Counted from the stretch's first letter, positions 8,043-17,741 are shown. The stretch is 30,931 nucleotides of DNA from Candidatus Eiseniibacteriota bacterium (GCA_044229145.1 JBGATO010000046.1:1-30931), one strand, 5' to 3'. The notes: generated by a model from the sequence alone, not told the origin. Made by a program: numbers and translations.

Positions 8043-8789
8043 GTGGCGTCGCGTCTGCGGCGCTGCGCCGCCCTGGTCCTCAGCCTGAGTCTCGCGTCGC
8101 CGGCCGCCGCCGGCCGTTATCCGTTCCAGCCCGGCGAAAAGCTCACCTTCGCGTTGCAATACGGACCGATTCAAGCCGGCACGGCGACACTCTCGGTGAG
8201 CGGCATCGGCCGCATCGGTGCGGTGCCCTGCTATCACTTCACGTCGTACTCCCGCTCGGCGCCGTTCTTCGACACTGTGTATCCGGTACGCGATCTCGTG
8301 GAGTCGTACGCCGACACTGCCTCGCTCATCACCTGGCGCATGGAGAAGCATCTGCGCGAGGACGAGTACCGGCTCGACGCGGTGGTGAAACTCGATCCTC
8401 CGCGCCACCGCGCGCTGTACGGCGATGGCGCCGTGATCGACGTCGACCCGCAGGTGCGCGATCCACTCGCCGCCTTCTTCTACGTGCGGGGGCTGCCGCT
8501 GGCGGTGGGGCAGTCCTACACTCTGCCGAGCCACGGTGACCGCAAGAGCTACGACGTCGTGGTGCGCGTGCTGCGCCGCGAGACGGTGAAGGTGCCGCTG
8601 GGAACCTTCCAGTGCCTGGCGGTGGAACCGCGGCTGCAATCCACCGGCGTGTTCCGGCACACCGGCAAGATGACGGTGTGGGTGACGGACGATGCGCGTC
8701 ATCTGCCGGTCAAGCTTTCGAGCAAGGTCGCGGTGGGGTCGGTGGTCGGCGTGTTGACCGCGGCGGAGGGAATCGATGCCACACCGTGA
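8043..8789 (+). CDS. DUF3108-family exported protein
   Basis: GTG 8043 immediately after the previous stop; signal peptide ending AAA; PFQPGEKLTF..AGTATL and VWVTDDARHLPVK are typical of DUF3108. Confidence 0.75.
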   Translation: MASRLRRCAALVLSLSLASPAAAGRYPFQPGEKLTFALQYGPIQAGTATLSVSGIGRIGAVPCYHFTSYSRSAPFFDTVYPVRDLVESYADTASLITWRMEKHLREDEYRLDAVVKLDPPRHRALYGDGAVIDVDPQVRDPLAAFFYVRGLPLAVGQSYTLPSHGDRKSYDVVVRVLRRETVKVPLGTFQCLAVEPRLQSTGVFRHTGKMTVWVTDDARHLPVKLSSKVAVGSVVGVLTAAEGIDATP

Positions 8790-9719
8790 GGCGGATCTCA
8801 GCCGCGTGCGCACCGTGCCGATGGAGGTGCGGGGCGGACGTGTGCGGCCGGAGCAGTGGGCGCGGCCGATTCCCTCCGGCGTCGCGGCGCAGTTGCTCGA
8901 CGCGCTGCCCGACGCGTTCGCGGTGCGCGATCTGCGGCGGGTGATCGCCGCGGTCGTTGAGGCCCGGCGGGCCGGGCGCCCCGTCATCGTCATGCTGGGC
9001 GGCCACGTCGTAAAGGTCGGCGTGGCGCCGTGCCTGGTCGCCTTGGCGCGCGAGGGATTGATCAGCGCCTTCGCACTCAACGGCGCCGCGGCGATCCACG
9101 ACACCGAGTTGGCGCTGTTCGGCGCGACGTCCGAGGACGTGCAGGAGGCGTTGCTCGACGGCAGCTTCGGGTTGCGCGCCGCCGAAACGGGCGCCTTCGT
9201 CAACCGCGCGGCGAGACGACGGAGCGCGCGGGCCTGGGATTCGGCGAGGCGCTCGGGCAGGCGCTGTTGGCGGCGGAGGCGCCTGCGCGGGGATCGTTGC
9301 TCACCACCGCGGCGACCCTCGGCCTGCCGTGCACGGTGCACGTCGCCCTCGGCACCGACATCGTGCACCAACACCCGCAGGCCGACGGCGCGGCGATCGG
9401 CGATACGTCATTGCGCGACTTCCGTATCCTGGCCGCCCAGGTCGAAAACCTCGATCGTGGCGTGGTGCTCAACCTCGGCTCGGCGGTCGTCTTGCCGGAG
9501 GTGTTCCTGAAGGCCCTGGCGGTTGCCCGCAACCTCGGCCATACGGTCGGGCACTTGACCACCGCCAACTTCGACATGCTGCGGCACTACCGCCCGCGCA
9601 TGAACGTGCTGCAGCGCCCCACGTACCCAGACGGTCTGGGCATCGATGTGACCGGTCCGCACGAGCTGCTCATCCCGTTGGTGGCGGCCGCCGTGCTCGA
9701 TGCATGGCGCAACGGATGA
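8776..9719 (+). pseudogene. Conserved hypothetical protein of deoxyhypusine-synthase-like fold, split by a 1-nt frameshift near 9212 (real lesion or assembly error)
   Basis: First frame: MLGGHVVKVG, NGAAAIHDTELA, TSEDV, DGSFG. Second frame continues GLGFGEALG, TVHVALGTDIVHQHP, GSAVVLPEVFLKAL, HYRP. Adding one base gives a 314-aa ORF. Confidence 0.65.
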
Positions 9720-9780
9720 GGCGGCGCGCGATCGCCGCTCAGGTTTTCCCGCAGGTGGGCCGACAAAAGGAGTGCGTCGC

Positions 9781-9816
9781 TTGACGCTGTCCGATGCAGG
9801 CTGATACGCTTAGAAT
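9781..9816 (+). promoter_or_regulatory. Candidate sigma-70 promoter of the wza-wzc operon
   Basis: TTGACG-N18-TACGCT, directly followed by TAGAAT, in a locally AT-enriched patch. Confidence 0.5.
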
Positions 9817-10099
9817 CTGGAGCGGTTACAGTTACCGCTTCACCCACGTGCGGCCGCGGGCAGGAACCGGCGGGCTGCTCCCCAGGGATGCGGGAGGGTG
9901 AAGGGTACATGCGTGCTCTGGTTTGCGGTCACCAGCAGAGACGCCTTGGCGCGCAGCGGATGCGCCTAGCCGTTCGTTACATGTCGTCGCCCTTGACCGG
10001 CTTCCCCACCCATCCGCCGGCGACGGCGCGCGATTCACGTCCGGAGATCGACCACTGCATGCAGCCAGTTTCCGCAGGCGCCACACCGCGCTCGTCCGA

Positions 10100-10927
10100 G
10101 TGCAGCGGGAGCCTGCCATTCTGACCCCGCGTACGTGCTGGCGAACTGCCGTAAGCGCGTTGGCCTGCGCCGTCGCGGTGGCAGGCTGCGCGGCCAGCGG
10201 AGGCGTGCGTTACGTGCAGCCTCCGGACGCCGCACGCGCCGCGACGCCGTCGACCGTCGTCGACGGCGATTACCTGCTCAATATCGGTGACGAAATCCAG
10301 ATCGATGTCCAGTGGCACCCCGAGCTGACCTCGCAGCAGGTGGTGCGGCAAGACGGCAAGATCACCGCCATCGGCCTGGGGGAAGTCATGGCGGCCGGCC
10401 GAAGCACCGCCCAGGTGGACTCCTCCCTCACCGCGCTCGCCGCGTTGCAGTACCGCAGCCCTGAAGTCACCGTGCTGCTCAAGCGGGGGGCGGACCTCGT
10501 GTTCTACATCGCCGGCGAAGGCAAGGTCGGCGGTCCGCAGCGCTGGATCCCGGGCATGAACGCCGTGCAGGCGCTCGGCGTCGCCGCGGGGACGACCGAC
10601 TTCGGTCAAATCGGCACCGTCCTGCTGGTCAAGCGGCACGGCCCCGATGGCGCCCCGATCGCCTACCGGCTCAACATGAAGCACGCGCTCTCGAGCGGCG
10701 GCCGCAGCGACAACCCGCCGGTCGACCCGTACGACATTCTGTGGATCCCGCGCAGCCCGCTGGCGTCCGCCTCGCTCAAGATGACGCAGCTCTACAACCT
10801 GCTGGTCTCGCCGGCCAACCTCTACCTGAAGGGGTGGGAGGTCAGCCGCAATGGCGTGAACAAGTCGATCGTCGAGCGCGACAGCACGATCACCATCGTG
10901 CCGCTCCAGACGGGGGCGACCAAGTGA
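10100..10927 (+). CDS. wza: Polysaccharide export outer-membrane lipoprotein (Wza/OPX family)
   Basis: Lipobox VAGC (Cys codon 10187); Poly_export motif YLLNIGDEIQIDV..VRQDGKIT..GEVMAAGRS; SLBB-like FYIAGE..QALGVAAG. Start uncertain (GTG 10100 or CTG 10121). Confidence 0.85.
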   Translation: MQREPAILTPRTCWRTAVSALACAVAVAGCAASGGVRYVQPPDAARAATPSTVVDGDYLLNIGDEIQIDVQWHPELTSQQVVRQDGKITAIGLGEVMAAGRSTAQVDSSLTALAALQYRSPEVTVLLKRGADLVFYIAGEGKVGGPQRWIPGMNAVQALGVAAGTTDFGQIGTVLLVKRHGPDGAPIAYRLNMKHALSSGGRSDNPPVDPYDILWIPRSPLASASLKMTQLYNLLVSPANLYLKGWEVSRNGVNKSIVERDSTITIVPLQTGATK

Positions 10928-12291
10928 GCGCGCCCACCACGCCGGCGGCCAAGCAGCGCGAAACCTCGATTCGCGACTTCCTGCGCGTCGTCTTCCGCCG
11001 CAAGTGGATCATCGTGACGATCTTCGGTGTCTCCACTGGCACCGTCGTGATGGTCAACGCGACGTCGAAGGTGCTGTACGAGTCGACCGCCAGTGTGCTC
11101 GTCAACCGCGGCGAAAAGCAGGGCATCTTCGAACCCGGCTACAAGCTCCTGCCGCGTGAGGAAGACATTGCCTCCGAAGTCGAACTGGTGGCGAGTGAGC
11201 CGGTGTTCCGCCGCGCCGAGGAGTTGGTCAAGGAGCGCCGCGCGGCCGCCGGGAAGCCGGCACTGCACATCCACCGCGGCGCCATCACCGGCGCCGTCAA
11301 GGGCGAGTCGAACGTCGTCGAAGTGAACTACCTCGACGAAGATGCCGCGGTGTGCCAGGACGCTGCGAACGCGGTGACCGACGCCTACATCGAGTACCGC
11401 GAGCGGATGCGCTCGCTGCCCGCCGTCGACACGTTCTTCACGCGCGAGATTCGCGACACCCAGGCGAGCATCGATCGCTGGCAGGCTGCGCGTGCCGCAT
11501 ACCTCAGCTCGAACGGCATGCTCAACACCGAGTCCGAACGCGCCACGCTCATCAAGCAGATGGACGATCAGACCGTGGTCATCGCCGAGATCGACCGCAC
11601 CTTGCGCGGCATCGAGGCGGAGCAGCGCGATTCGCGCCGGCTGGTGTCGACGCAGCCACAGGTCGACGTGCCGTTCGCCACCGACGTCCAGGTCGGCAAC
11701 GAGGCGGTGATCGTCGAACTCAAGCGCAAGTTGATCGAAACCAATATCGCGCTGAGCGATGCCAAGGCGAAGTATGCGCCCGGCGCGCAGCCGGTGGTGG
11801 CCGCGCAGGAAAACGTCGATCACCTGACGCAGCTGCTGCGCACCGAGGTGGCGAACCGTCTGCGCTTGCTCGACCAGCAGGCCGAAGTGCTGCGCGCCAA
11901 GCGTGCGGCGGCCTCGACGGCGATGGGGTCGCTCGACAGCCGTCTGCGCGGGTATCCGGCGCACCAGCAGGCGCTCGCCGACATGGATCGCACCATCGAG
12001 ATGCTCCAGAACAACTACAAGGAGCTGACCGGCAAGTACCTTCAGGCGCAGATCAGCAAGGCCAGCACCTCGCCGTACTTCGAGGTCACCAAGCTGACGT
12101 CCGCGTCGTATCCGGTGGCGAAGAACACCAAGGACTACGTTCGCTTGGCGCTGGCGCCGATCCTGTCCTTGGCGGTCGGGCTCGGGTTGGCGTTCTTCGC
12201 CGAGAGCCTCGATCACTCGGTGGCGACCGCGTCCGATGTCGAGGATCGTCTTGGCCTGCCGCTTCTCGGCTCGGTGCGCGAGAATGCGTAG
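10924..12291 (+). CDS. Polysaccharide co-polymerase (GumC/Wzc membrane-periplasmic part)
   Basis: GTGA overlap with wza; IRDFLRVVFRRKWII TM1, YESTASVLV, long coiled-coil, TM2, then ESLDHSV..DVEDRLGLPLLGSV; 455 aa. Confidence 0.88.
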   Translation: MSAPTTPAAKQRETSIRDFLRVVFRRKWIIVTIFGVSTGTVVMVNATSKVLYESTASVLVNRGEKQGIFEPGYKLLPREEDIASEVELVASEPVFRRAEELVKERRAAAGKPALHIHRGAITGAVKGESNVVEVNYLDEDAAVCQDAANAVTDAYIEYRERMRSLPAVDTFFTREIRDTQASIDRWQAARAAYLSSNGMLNTESERATLIKQMDDQTVVIAEIDRTLRGIEAEQRDSRRLVSTQPQVDVPFATDVQVGNEAVIVELKRKLIETNIALSDAKAKYAPGAQPVVAAQENVDHLTQLLRTEVANRLRLLDQQAEVLRAKRAAASTAMGSLDSRLRGYPAHQQALADMDRTIEMLQNNYKELTGKYLQAQISKASTSPYFEVTKLTSASYPVAKNTKDYVRLALAPILSLAVGLGLAFFAESLDHSVATASDVEDRLGLPLLGSVRENA

Positions 12292-12330
12292 CCGCCGCCG
12301 CCCGTCGTTCGTTTCCGCGAGGACCACTCG

Positions 12331-13146
12331 GTGAGCAAGATCTACGACGCGATGCGCCGCGCCGATGACGAAGGCGGCCCGGAGCGCCCGCAGCCCGCGG
12401 CGGCGGAGCCGCGTCCGGCGGGCGCACCGGTGCCGTTGCCGGCGGTTCGCGAGCGCACCGTGACGTTGGCCAGCGCGCCGCTCACCCCAGCGCGCCGCGC
12501 GACCCCGAAGGCCGCGGTGGTGCTCGACCAGGTCATCGAGCAGGACCTGGCGGCGCTCCGCACCTCGATCGACAGCTTGCTGCCGCGTGGCACGCGGCGC
12601 ATCGCCTTCGCGTGTCTGGGGCCGGAGGAAGGCACCACCTCGATCGTCGCCGGATTCACCCGGTTGCTCGCCGCCGACCGCACGCTGCAGATCGCGGCGA
12701 TCGACGCGAATCTGCTGGCGCCGCGCTTGGGAGGTGTGCTCGGGGCGGAGAATGCGCCGGGCGTTGCCGACATCTTGATTGGCAGCATCGGGCCGGAGGC
12801 GGCACTCACCGCGCTCGAGGGCACGCGCGTCCACGTGTTGCCGGCCGGCAAGACCAACGCACGCCTGTTGCACCTCGAAGCACACGCGCTCGAACGCTTG
12901 ATGGCGTCGTTCGCCGGGTACGACTACACGTTGATCGATTGCCCGCCATTGTTGGCGTGGGCCCACACGCCCGCGCTCGCCGCCGAGGCCGATGGTGTCG
13001 TCCTGGTGGTGCGGTGGGGGCGCACCAAGCGCGAGGTGATCGAACGCGGGCTCGACGCGGCGCGGGCCGCCGGCGCGCGCGTGCTGGGCGTTGTGCTCAA
13101 CCGGCGCCAGTACCCGATTCCGGAATTCCTCTACCGCCGCGCCTAG
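12331..13146 (+). CDS. CpsD/CapB-family BY-kinase-like protein (Wzc C-terminal part) with degenerate Walker A and A'
   Basis: MSKIYDAMRRA N-terminus; GPEEGTTS, IDANL, VLPAG, LIDCPP, ADGVVLVV, LGVVLN. Confidence 0.85.
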   Translation: MSKIYDAMRRADDEGGPERPQPAAAEPRPAGAPVPLPAVRERTVTLASAPLTPARRATPKAAVVLDQVIEQDLAALRTSIDSLLPRGTRRIAFACLGPEEGTTSIVAGFTRLLAADRTLQIAAIDANLLAPRLGGVLGAENAPGVADILIGSIGPEAALTALEGTRVHVLPAGKTNARLLHLEAHALERLMASFAGYDYTLIDCPPLLAWAHTPALAAEADGVVLVVRWGRTKREVIERGLDAARAAGARVLGVVLNRRQYPIPEFLYRRA

Positions 13147-13156
13147 GAGCGTCCGC

Positions 13157-14308
13157 ATGCCCGCCCCGCGGTATTCGCCCTCTGCCGAGGCGGACGCCGT
13201 GTATGCCGCGTGGATCGATGCCGCGCGTGCCTTCCTGCTCTCCGTCGACCCGGCGCCGGCTGCGGTCCTGCTCCAAGGCTCCGCCGCGCGCGGAGAGGCG
13301 TGGGCGGTCCGCGGCGATGCGGGGCACCTGACGCTGCTCTCCGACCTCGACCTCGCCGTCGTGTGCGTGCACGAGTCGGATCGTGCCGCCTGGTTGTCCG
13401 CCCGCGAGCGGTTCGCAGCGGCGATGGCCGCCGCGCCGGACGCTGCGCGCGCGCCAGGTCCGTGGACCTTCGCGGTGTACGCGCCGTCCGACCTTCCGCG
13501 GCAACTGCCGAAGATGGGGACGATCGACCTCGCTCACGCGCGGGTGTTGGCGGGCGATCCGTCGTACGTGGAGCGAGTCGCCCCCCGCGAGCCGTCGGCG
13601 ATCAACATCGCCGAGGCGCTGCGCCTGGTTGCCGTCCGTCTGCACGAGTTCGACGCTGTGGTGGACGCTGGCGCGCCGGCGCTGCACACCGGAGCGCTGG
13701 CGGCGAAGGTGCTCGCCGACGCGGGCACCGCGCTGGTGTCGGCCTGCGGGGTGTACGCGGTGAGTGCCGCGGTACGGCGCGACACGCTCGACCGGCTCTG
13801 GGGGCGCGAACTCGCCCCGCTCGCGCGCACGCTGCCGGAGTTGCCGGCGCGGCTGCGTGCCGCGCAGGACGTGCGGCTTCGCGAGGCGGGAGAGCGTGAC
13901 GTGGCGGAGGCGCTGAGTGTCGCCCCGGATGCGGCGGCGCGCGTGGTGGCTGCGGCGTGCGCGCCGTGGGTGCGGGCGGTGGCGGCGTGGCTCGCGCAGC
14001 GCGCGACCGCGGGCGCCGGCGATCCCGCGCTGGTCGCGCGCACCGCCGCGCACGACGCACAGGCGTTCGCTGCGGCGATGCGCGCGTGGCTGGCCGCGTC
14101 GCCCCGTCACCATGCGTGGCGGGCGTGGGCGCGCGCGGTGCGCTCCGCTGCGCGTCAGGGGCACGGCGGCCGCGTCTTCGCCCTTGCGCGAGCGCATCGC
14201 GCCACGCCGGAGCCCTGGCGGGTCGCGGCGGTCGACACGCTCACCGCCGGCGATGCAACGGCGCGCGCCGCCGCACGCGACGTCTGGCGTCTCCTGGCGG
14301 AAGGGTAG
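13157..14308 (+). CDS. Pol-beta-superfamily nucleotidyltransferase-domain protein with a helical C-terminal region
   Basis: AGGAG SD before ATG 13157; VLLQGSAARGE...LSDLDLAVV fits hG[GS]..DxD; remainder is Ala-rich and helical; 383 aa. Confidence 0.65.
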   Translation: MPAPRYSPSAEADAVYAAWIDAARAFLLSVDPAPAAVLLQGSAARGEAWAVRGDAGHLTLLSDLDLAVVCVHESDRAAWLSARERFAAAMAAAPDAARAPGPWTFAVYAPSDLPRQLPKMGTIDLAHARVLAGDPSYVERVAPREPSAINIAEALRLVAVRLHEFDAVVDAGAPALHTGALAAKVLADAGTALVSACGVYAVSAAVRRDTLDRLWGRELAPLARTLPELPARLRAAQDVRLREAGERDVAEALSVAPDAAARVVAAACAPWVRAVAAWLAQRATAGAGDPALVARTAAHDAQAFAAAMRAWLAASPRHHAWRAWARAVRSAARQGHGGRVFALARAHRATPEPWRVAAVDTLTAGDATARAAARDVWRLLAEG

Positions 14309-14317
14309 GGGAGGATC

Positions 14318-15475
14318 ATGGCGACACCGCTCGTCGTGCTGGTGATCATCGATGCGCTCGGCGCCGATCTCGTGGCGCAGCACGAGCTGCTGCCCGAGTT
14401 GCCGGTGCGCCGCCGCCTGCGCACCGTGCTTGGCTACTCGTCGGCGGCAATTCCCTCGCTGCTGTCCGGCGTCACCCCGGGCGAACACGGACATTGGTCG
14501 ATGTACGCGCGTGCGCGCTCCGCCGACGCGGACGCCGCCTTCCGCGGACTCGGCACGCCGCTGCGCGCCGCCTCCCGCCTGCCGCGCGGCCGTGAGTTCG
14601 TCCGCCGCCGCACGGCCGCCTACGTCAAGCAGAGCGGCCGCGTGCGCGGATACTTCTCGCTGTACGAAGTGCCGCTCGAGCTGCTGCCCTACTTCGACCT
14701 GGTCGAGAAGAACGATTTGTTCGCGCCCGGTGGCCTCGAACACACGCCGACCTTGTTCGACCGCCTGCACACGGCGGGCGTCGCGCACGCGGTGTGGTCG
14801 TGGCGTGACGATCCGCGCGAGGCGAGCGACGCCTGTGTCGCGCGTGTCGCCGACGACGCGGCACGCGTGCTCGTGCTCTACCGCGCCGATCTCGACGCGG
14901 CGATGCACGCGCACGGCGTCCAGTCGCCGCAGGCCGTCGCCGTGATGCGCGACGTCGAACGCACGGTGCGGGCGATTCTCGAGGCGGCGCGCGCCGCCGG
15001 GCGGCCGGTGCAACTCGCGCTGACCTCCGACCACGGCATGGCCGATGCCCTCACGTTGCACGACTTGCCCGCGCACGTCGCCGCGCTCGGCCTGCGCGTG
15101 CCGGACGACTACCTGCCGTTCTACGATTCGACGATGGGCCGCTTCTGGTTCCACACCGACGCGGCGCGCACGCGCATCGTCGCGGCGCTCGACGCATTCG
15201 GCGCCGGCACGCGGCTCGACGCCGCCGACCTCGCGCGTCACGGCTGCACCTTCGCCGACGCGCGCTACGGCGACTGCGTCTACCTGATGCCGGTCGGCCA
15301 CCAGATCGCTCCGAGCTTCATGGGCACGCACGCGCCGATCGCCATGCACGGCTACTCGCCCGACGATTCGGTGATGGATGCCTGCTTCGTCACCACCGGC
15401 TTCGGCGACGATGCGGCAAGCATTCTCGACGTGCTGCCGCGCGTGTGGGCGGAAGTGGAGCACGCGGCGCGATGA
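14318..15475 (+). CDS. Alkaline phosphatase superfamily protein (type I phosphodiesterase/nucleotide pyrophosphatase-like), cytoplasmic
   Basis: Metal-ligand motifs IIDALG, GYSS..PSLLSG..P.EHG, DLDAAMH, TSDHGM, MHGY; GGAGG SD; no signal peptide. Confidence 0.85.
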   Translation: MATPLVVLVIIDALGADLVAQHELLPELPVRRRLRTVLGYSSAAIPSLLSGVTPGEHGHWSMYARARSADADAAFRGLGTPLRAASRLPRGREFVRRRTAAYVKQSGRVRGYFSLYEVPLELLPYFDLVEKNDLFAPGGLEHTPTLFDRLHTAGVAHAVWSWRDDPREASDACVARVADDAARVLVLYRADLDAAMHAHGVQSPQAVAVMRDVERTVRAILEAARAAGRPVQLALTSDHGMADALTLHDLPAHVAALGLRVPDDYLPFYDSTMGRFWFHTDAARTRIVAALDAFGAGTRLDAADLARHGCTFADARYGDCVYLMPVGHQIAPSFMGTHAPIAMHGYSPDDSVMDACFVTTGFGDDAASILDVLPRVWAEVEHAAR

Positions 15476-17013
15476 GTGACGGCGCGCGCGTCGGCCGCGC
15501 GGCCTCGTGGACGATGGCGGCGCGCCTGGTGCGCTTCGTTACCGGCTTCGCGCTGTCGATCGTCGTCGTGCGGGGGCTCGGGCCGGACGGGTTCGGGCAA
15601 CTCGCGTTGGTGCGCACCACACTGACGTTCGTCACCACGCTGTGTTATCTCGGCATGGGACAGGCGATGCTGCGCTTCCTGCCCGAGTTGCGCCAGCGCG
15701 GCGACGGCCGTGCGATCCGCCGCTTGATCGGCATCACCTGCGGCGTGCAGGCGCTGATGTGGGGCATCGCCGCGCTCGCCGCCGCCGCCTGCGTGCCGTG
15801 GGGCGAACGGCTGTTCCACCAGCCCGGCATCGGTGGGGTGTTGTTGTTCGGCACGATGCTGCTCGTCGCCGACCTCGCGGTGAGCGCGCTGCAGCAAGTG
15901 GCGACCGCCTGGTACGAGCTGCGCGCGGTGAGCATCGCGACGGCGATCGCCGGTGTAGTGCTGGTGCTGGGGACGTGGGCGGCACTGCATGCGGGGTGGG
16001 GCGTGCGCGGCGTGCTGGCGGCAAGCGCCGCGTGCAACGCCGGCATCGCGCTCGTGCTGGCGCGTGAGGTGTTGCGCATCCTGCGGGGCCTGCCCGAAGC
16101 GCCGGCCGCCGCCGCGAGCGGCATTCCGATGCGGCGTCTGCTGCACTACGCGCTCCCGTTCACGGCGATCTCGATCCTGAATCTGATCGTGTGGCGGCAG
16201 TCGGAGACGCTGATCCTCGGCCACTACCGCAGCGCCGCGGAGGTCGGCTGGTTCGACCTCGCGTACGGACGGCCGCAGCAGGTGCTCGAGTTCATCCCGG
16301 TGACCTTGTGGCCTCTGGTGATGGCGGCGTTCGCCGATTCGTTCACGCGGGACGCGGCGAGCCTGTCGCGGCGGATCACGCTCTACTACAAGTTCCTCGC
16401 CGCGCTCGCGCTGCCGATCGCGATCGGCGGTGCCGTGCTGTCGCCGCGGGCGATCCCGCTCATCTTCGGCGCGGCGAACCAGCCGGCGGCGTGGCCGACG
16501 GCGGTGTTCTTCGTGCTGTTCGCCGTGTCGTTCGGCAGCACGCCGTTGTCGATGGCGCTCTACGTCCTCGAGCGCACGCCGCTGGTGCTGGCGGTGTACG
16601 CCGTGCAGGCGGTGGTCAACGTCGGGTTCGACCTCGTGCTGATCCCGCGCTACGGCGTGTGGGGTGCGGTGATTCCGGTCGGATGCGTGGTGACGACGGC
16701 GCCGCTGGTGTACGCTGGCGTGCTGCGGGCGGTGCGGCAGGAAGTGCATGTGCCGTGGGACTTCCTGCGGCGCATGCTGCTGGCCTCGTGCGGATGGTGC
16801 GTTCTGCTGCCGTTTCTGCCGATGATGACGTCGTTGCCGCGGCTGGCGCTCGGGTTCGCCGCCGGCGCGGCCGCGGTGCTGGCCGGCGTGCGGTGGGCGC
16901 GGGTCGTCGGGCCGGAGGAGGAGCGCGTGCTGCAGGCTGTTCGGATTCCGCTGACGCCGCGGGTGCGGGGGCTGCTGGGATTGCCGCCGGTCGCGGCGGG
17001 AGGAGGCGCGTGA
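15472..17013 (+). CDS. wzx: Oligosaccharide flippase (Wzx/MOP family)
   Basis: Many hydrophobic segments; VRGLGPDGFG, LGMGQAMLRF, LLHYALP, EVGWF, LIPRYGVWGA; ATGA overlap. Confidence 0.88.
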   Translation: MSDGARVGRAASWTMAARLVRFVTGFALSIVVVRGLGPDGFGQLALVRTTLTFVTTLCYLGMGQAMLRFLPELRQRGDGRAIRRLIGITCGVQALMWGIAALAAAACVPWGERLFHQPGIGGVLLFGTMLLVADLAVSALQQVATAWYELRAVSIATAIAGVVLVLGTWAALHAGWGVRGVLAASAACNAGIALVLAREVLRILRGLPEAPAAAASGIPMRRLLHYALPFTAISILNLIVWRQSETLILGHYRSAAEVGWFDLAYGRPQQVLEFIPVTLWPLVMAAFADSFTRDAASLSRRITLYYKFLAALALPIAIGGAVLSPRAIPLIFGAANQPAAWPTAVFFVLFAVSFGSTPLSMALYVLERTPLVLAVYAVQAVVNVGFDLVLIPRYGVWGAVIPVGCVVTTAPLVYAGVLRAVRQEVHVPWDFLRRMLLASCGWCVLLPFLPMMTSLPRLALGFAAGAAAVLAGVRWARVVGPEEERVLQAVRIPLTPRVRGLLGLPPVAAGGGA

Positions 17014-17741
17014 GCGCGTTGCGCGTGCTGGCCATCGTGCCGGCGTACAACGAGGAAGAGGCGTTGCCGATCACGCTCGCCGAGATCCGGCGCGTCGCGC
17101 CGTGGGTCGACGTGCTGGTGGTCAACGACCACTCGAGCGATCGCACCGCGGAGGTCGCGGCAGCGTGCGGCGTGCCGGTGGTGACGCTGCCGTTCAATCT
17201 CGGCGTCGGTGGCGCGCTGCAGGCGGGCTTCGGCTACGCGCTGGCGCACGGCTACGACGTCGCGTTGCAGTTCGACGCCGATGGCCAGCACGATCCGGCG
17301 TTCCTCGATGCGGTGGTCGAGCCGGCGCGCCGCCAGGCGGCCGATGTCGTCATCGGCTCGCGCTACGTCGCCGCCAGCGCCTACAAGGCGCCGCCGCTGC
17401 GCCGTGCCGGCATGATCCTCTTCGCGGCGATCGCCTCGCGGGCGATGGGACGCCGCATCACCGACACCACCTCCGGTCTGCGTGCCTACACGCGGCCAGT
17501 GATGCGCTTCTGCCAGGAAGAGTTGCCGCACGATTTCCCCGATGCGCCGCTGCTCATCCTGCTGCATCGCGCCGGCTTCCGCATCGTCGAGGTGCCGGTC
17601 GAAATGCGCGAGCGCATCGCCGGCGAGTCGTTCTACACGGCGACCCGCGCGCTCTACTATCCGTTCAAGGTCGGCCTGGCCTCTCTGGTGGTGGCACTGC
17701 GCTCGCGGCGCAGCCTGCCGCGCGTGCGGGAGGACGCATGA
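17010..17741 (+). CDS. GT2 glycosyltransferase, polyprenol-phosphate glycosyltransferase (DPM1-like)
   Basis: IVPAYNEE, VVNDHSSDRT, NLGVGGA, QFDADGQH, VIGSRY, DTTSGLR; GTGA overlap and GGAGG SD. Confidence 0.9.
   Translation: MSALRVLAIVPAYNEEEALPITLAEIRRVAPWVDVLVVNDHSSDRTAEVAAACGVPVVTLPFNLGVGGALQAGFGYALAHGYDVALQFDADGQHDPAFLDAVVEPARRQAADVVIGSRYVAASAYKAPPLRRAGMILFAAIASRAMGRRITDTTSGLRAYTRPVMRFCQEELPHDFPDAPLLILLHRAGFRIVEVPVEMRERIAGESFYTATRALYYPFKVGLASLVVALRSRRSLPRVREDA

Noticed and set aside
9913..9945. JUMPstart/ops (RfaH) element
   Set aside because: GTGCTCTGGT..CCAG resembles the 5' half, but the essential GGCGGTAG core is absent.
13157..14308. CD-NTase (CBASS) or MNT-HEPN toxin-antitoxin interpretation
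   Set aside because: GSxARG is the minimal-NTase-like pattern; no Cap effector or small HEPN toxin gene is adjacent; the gene sits inside an EPS operon.
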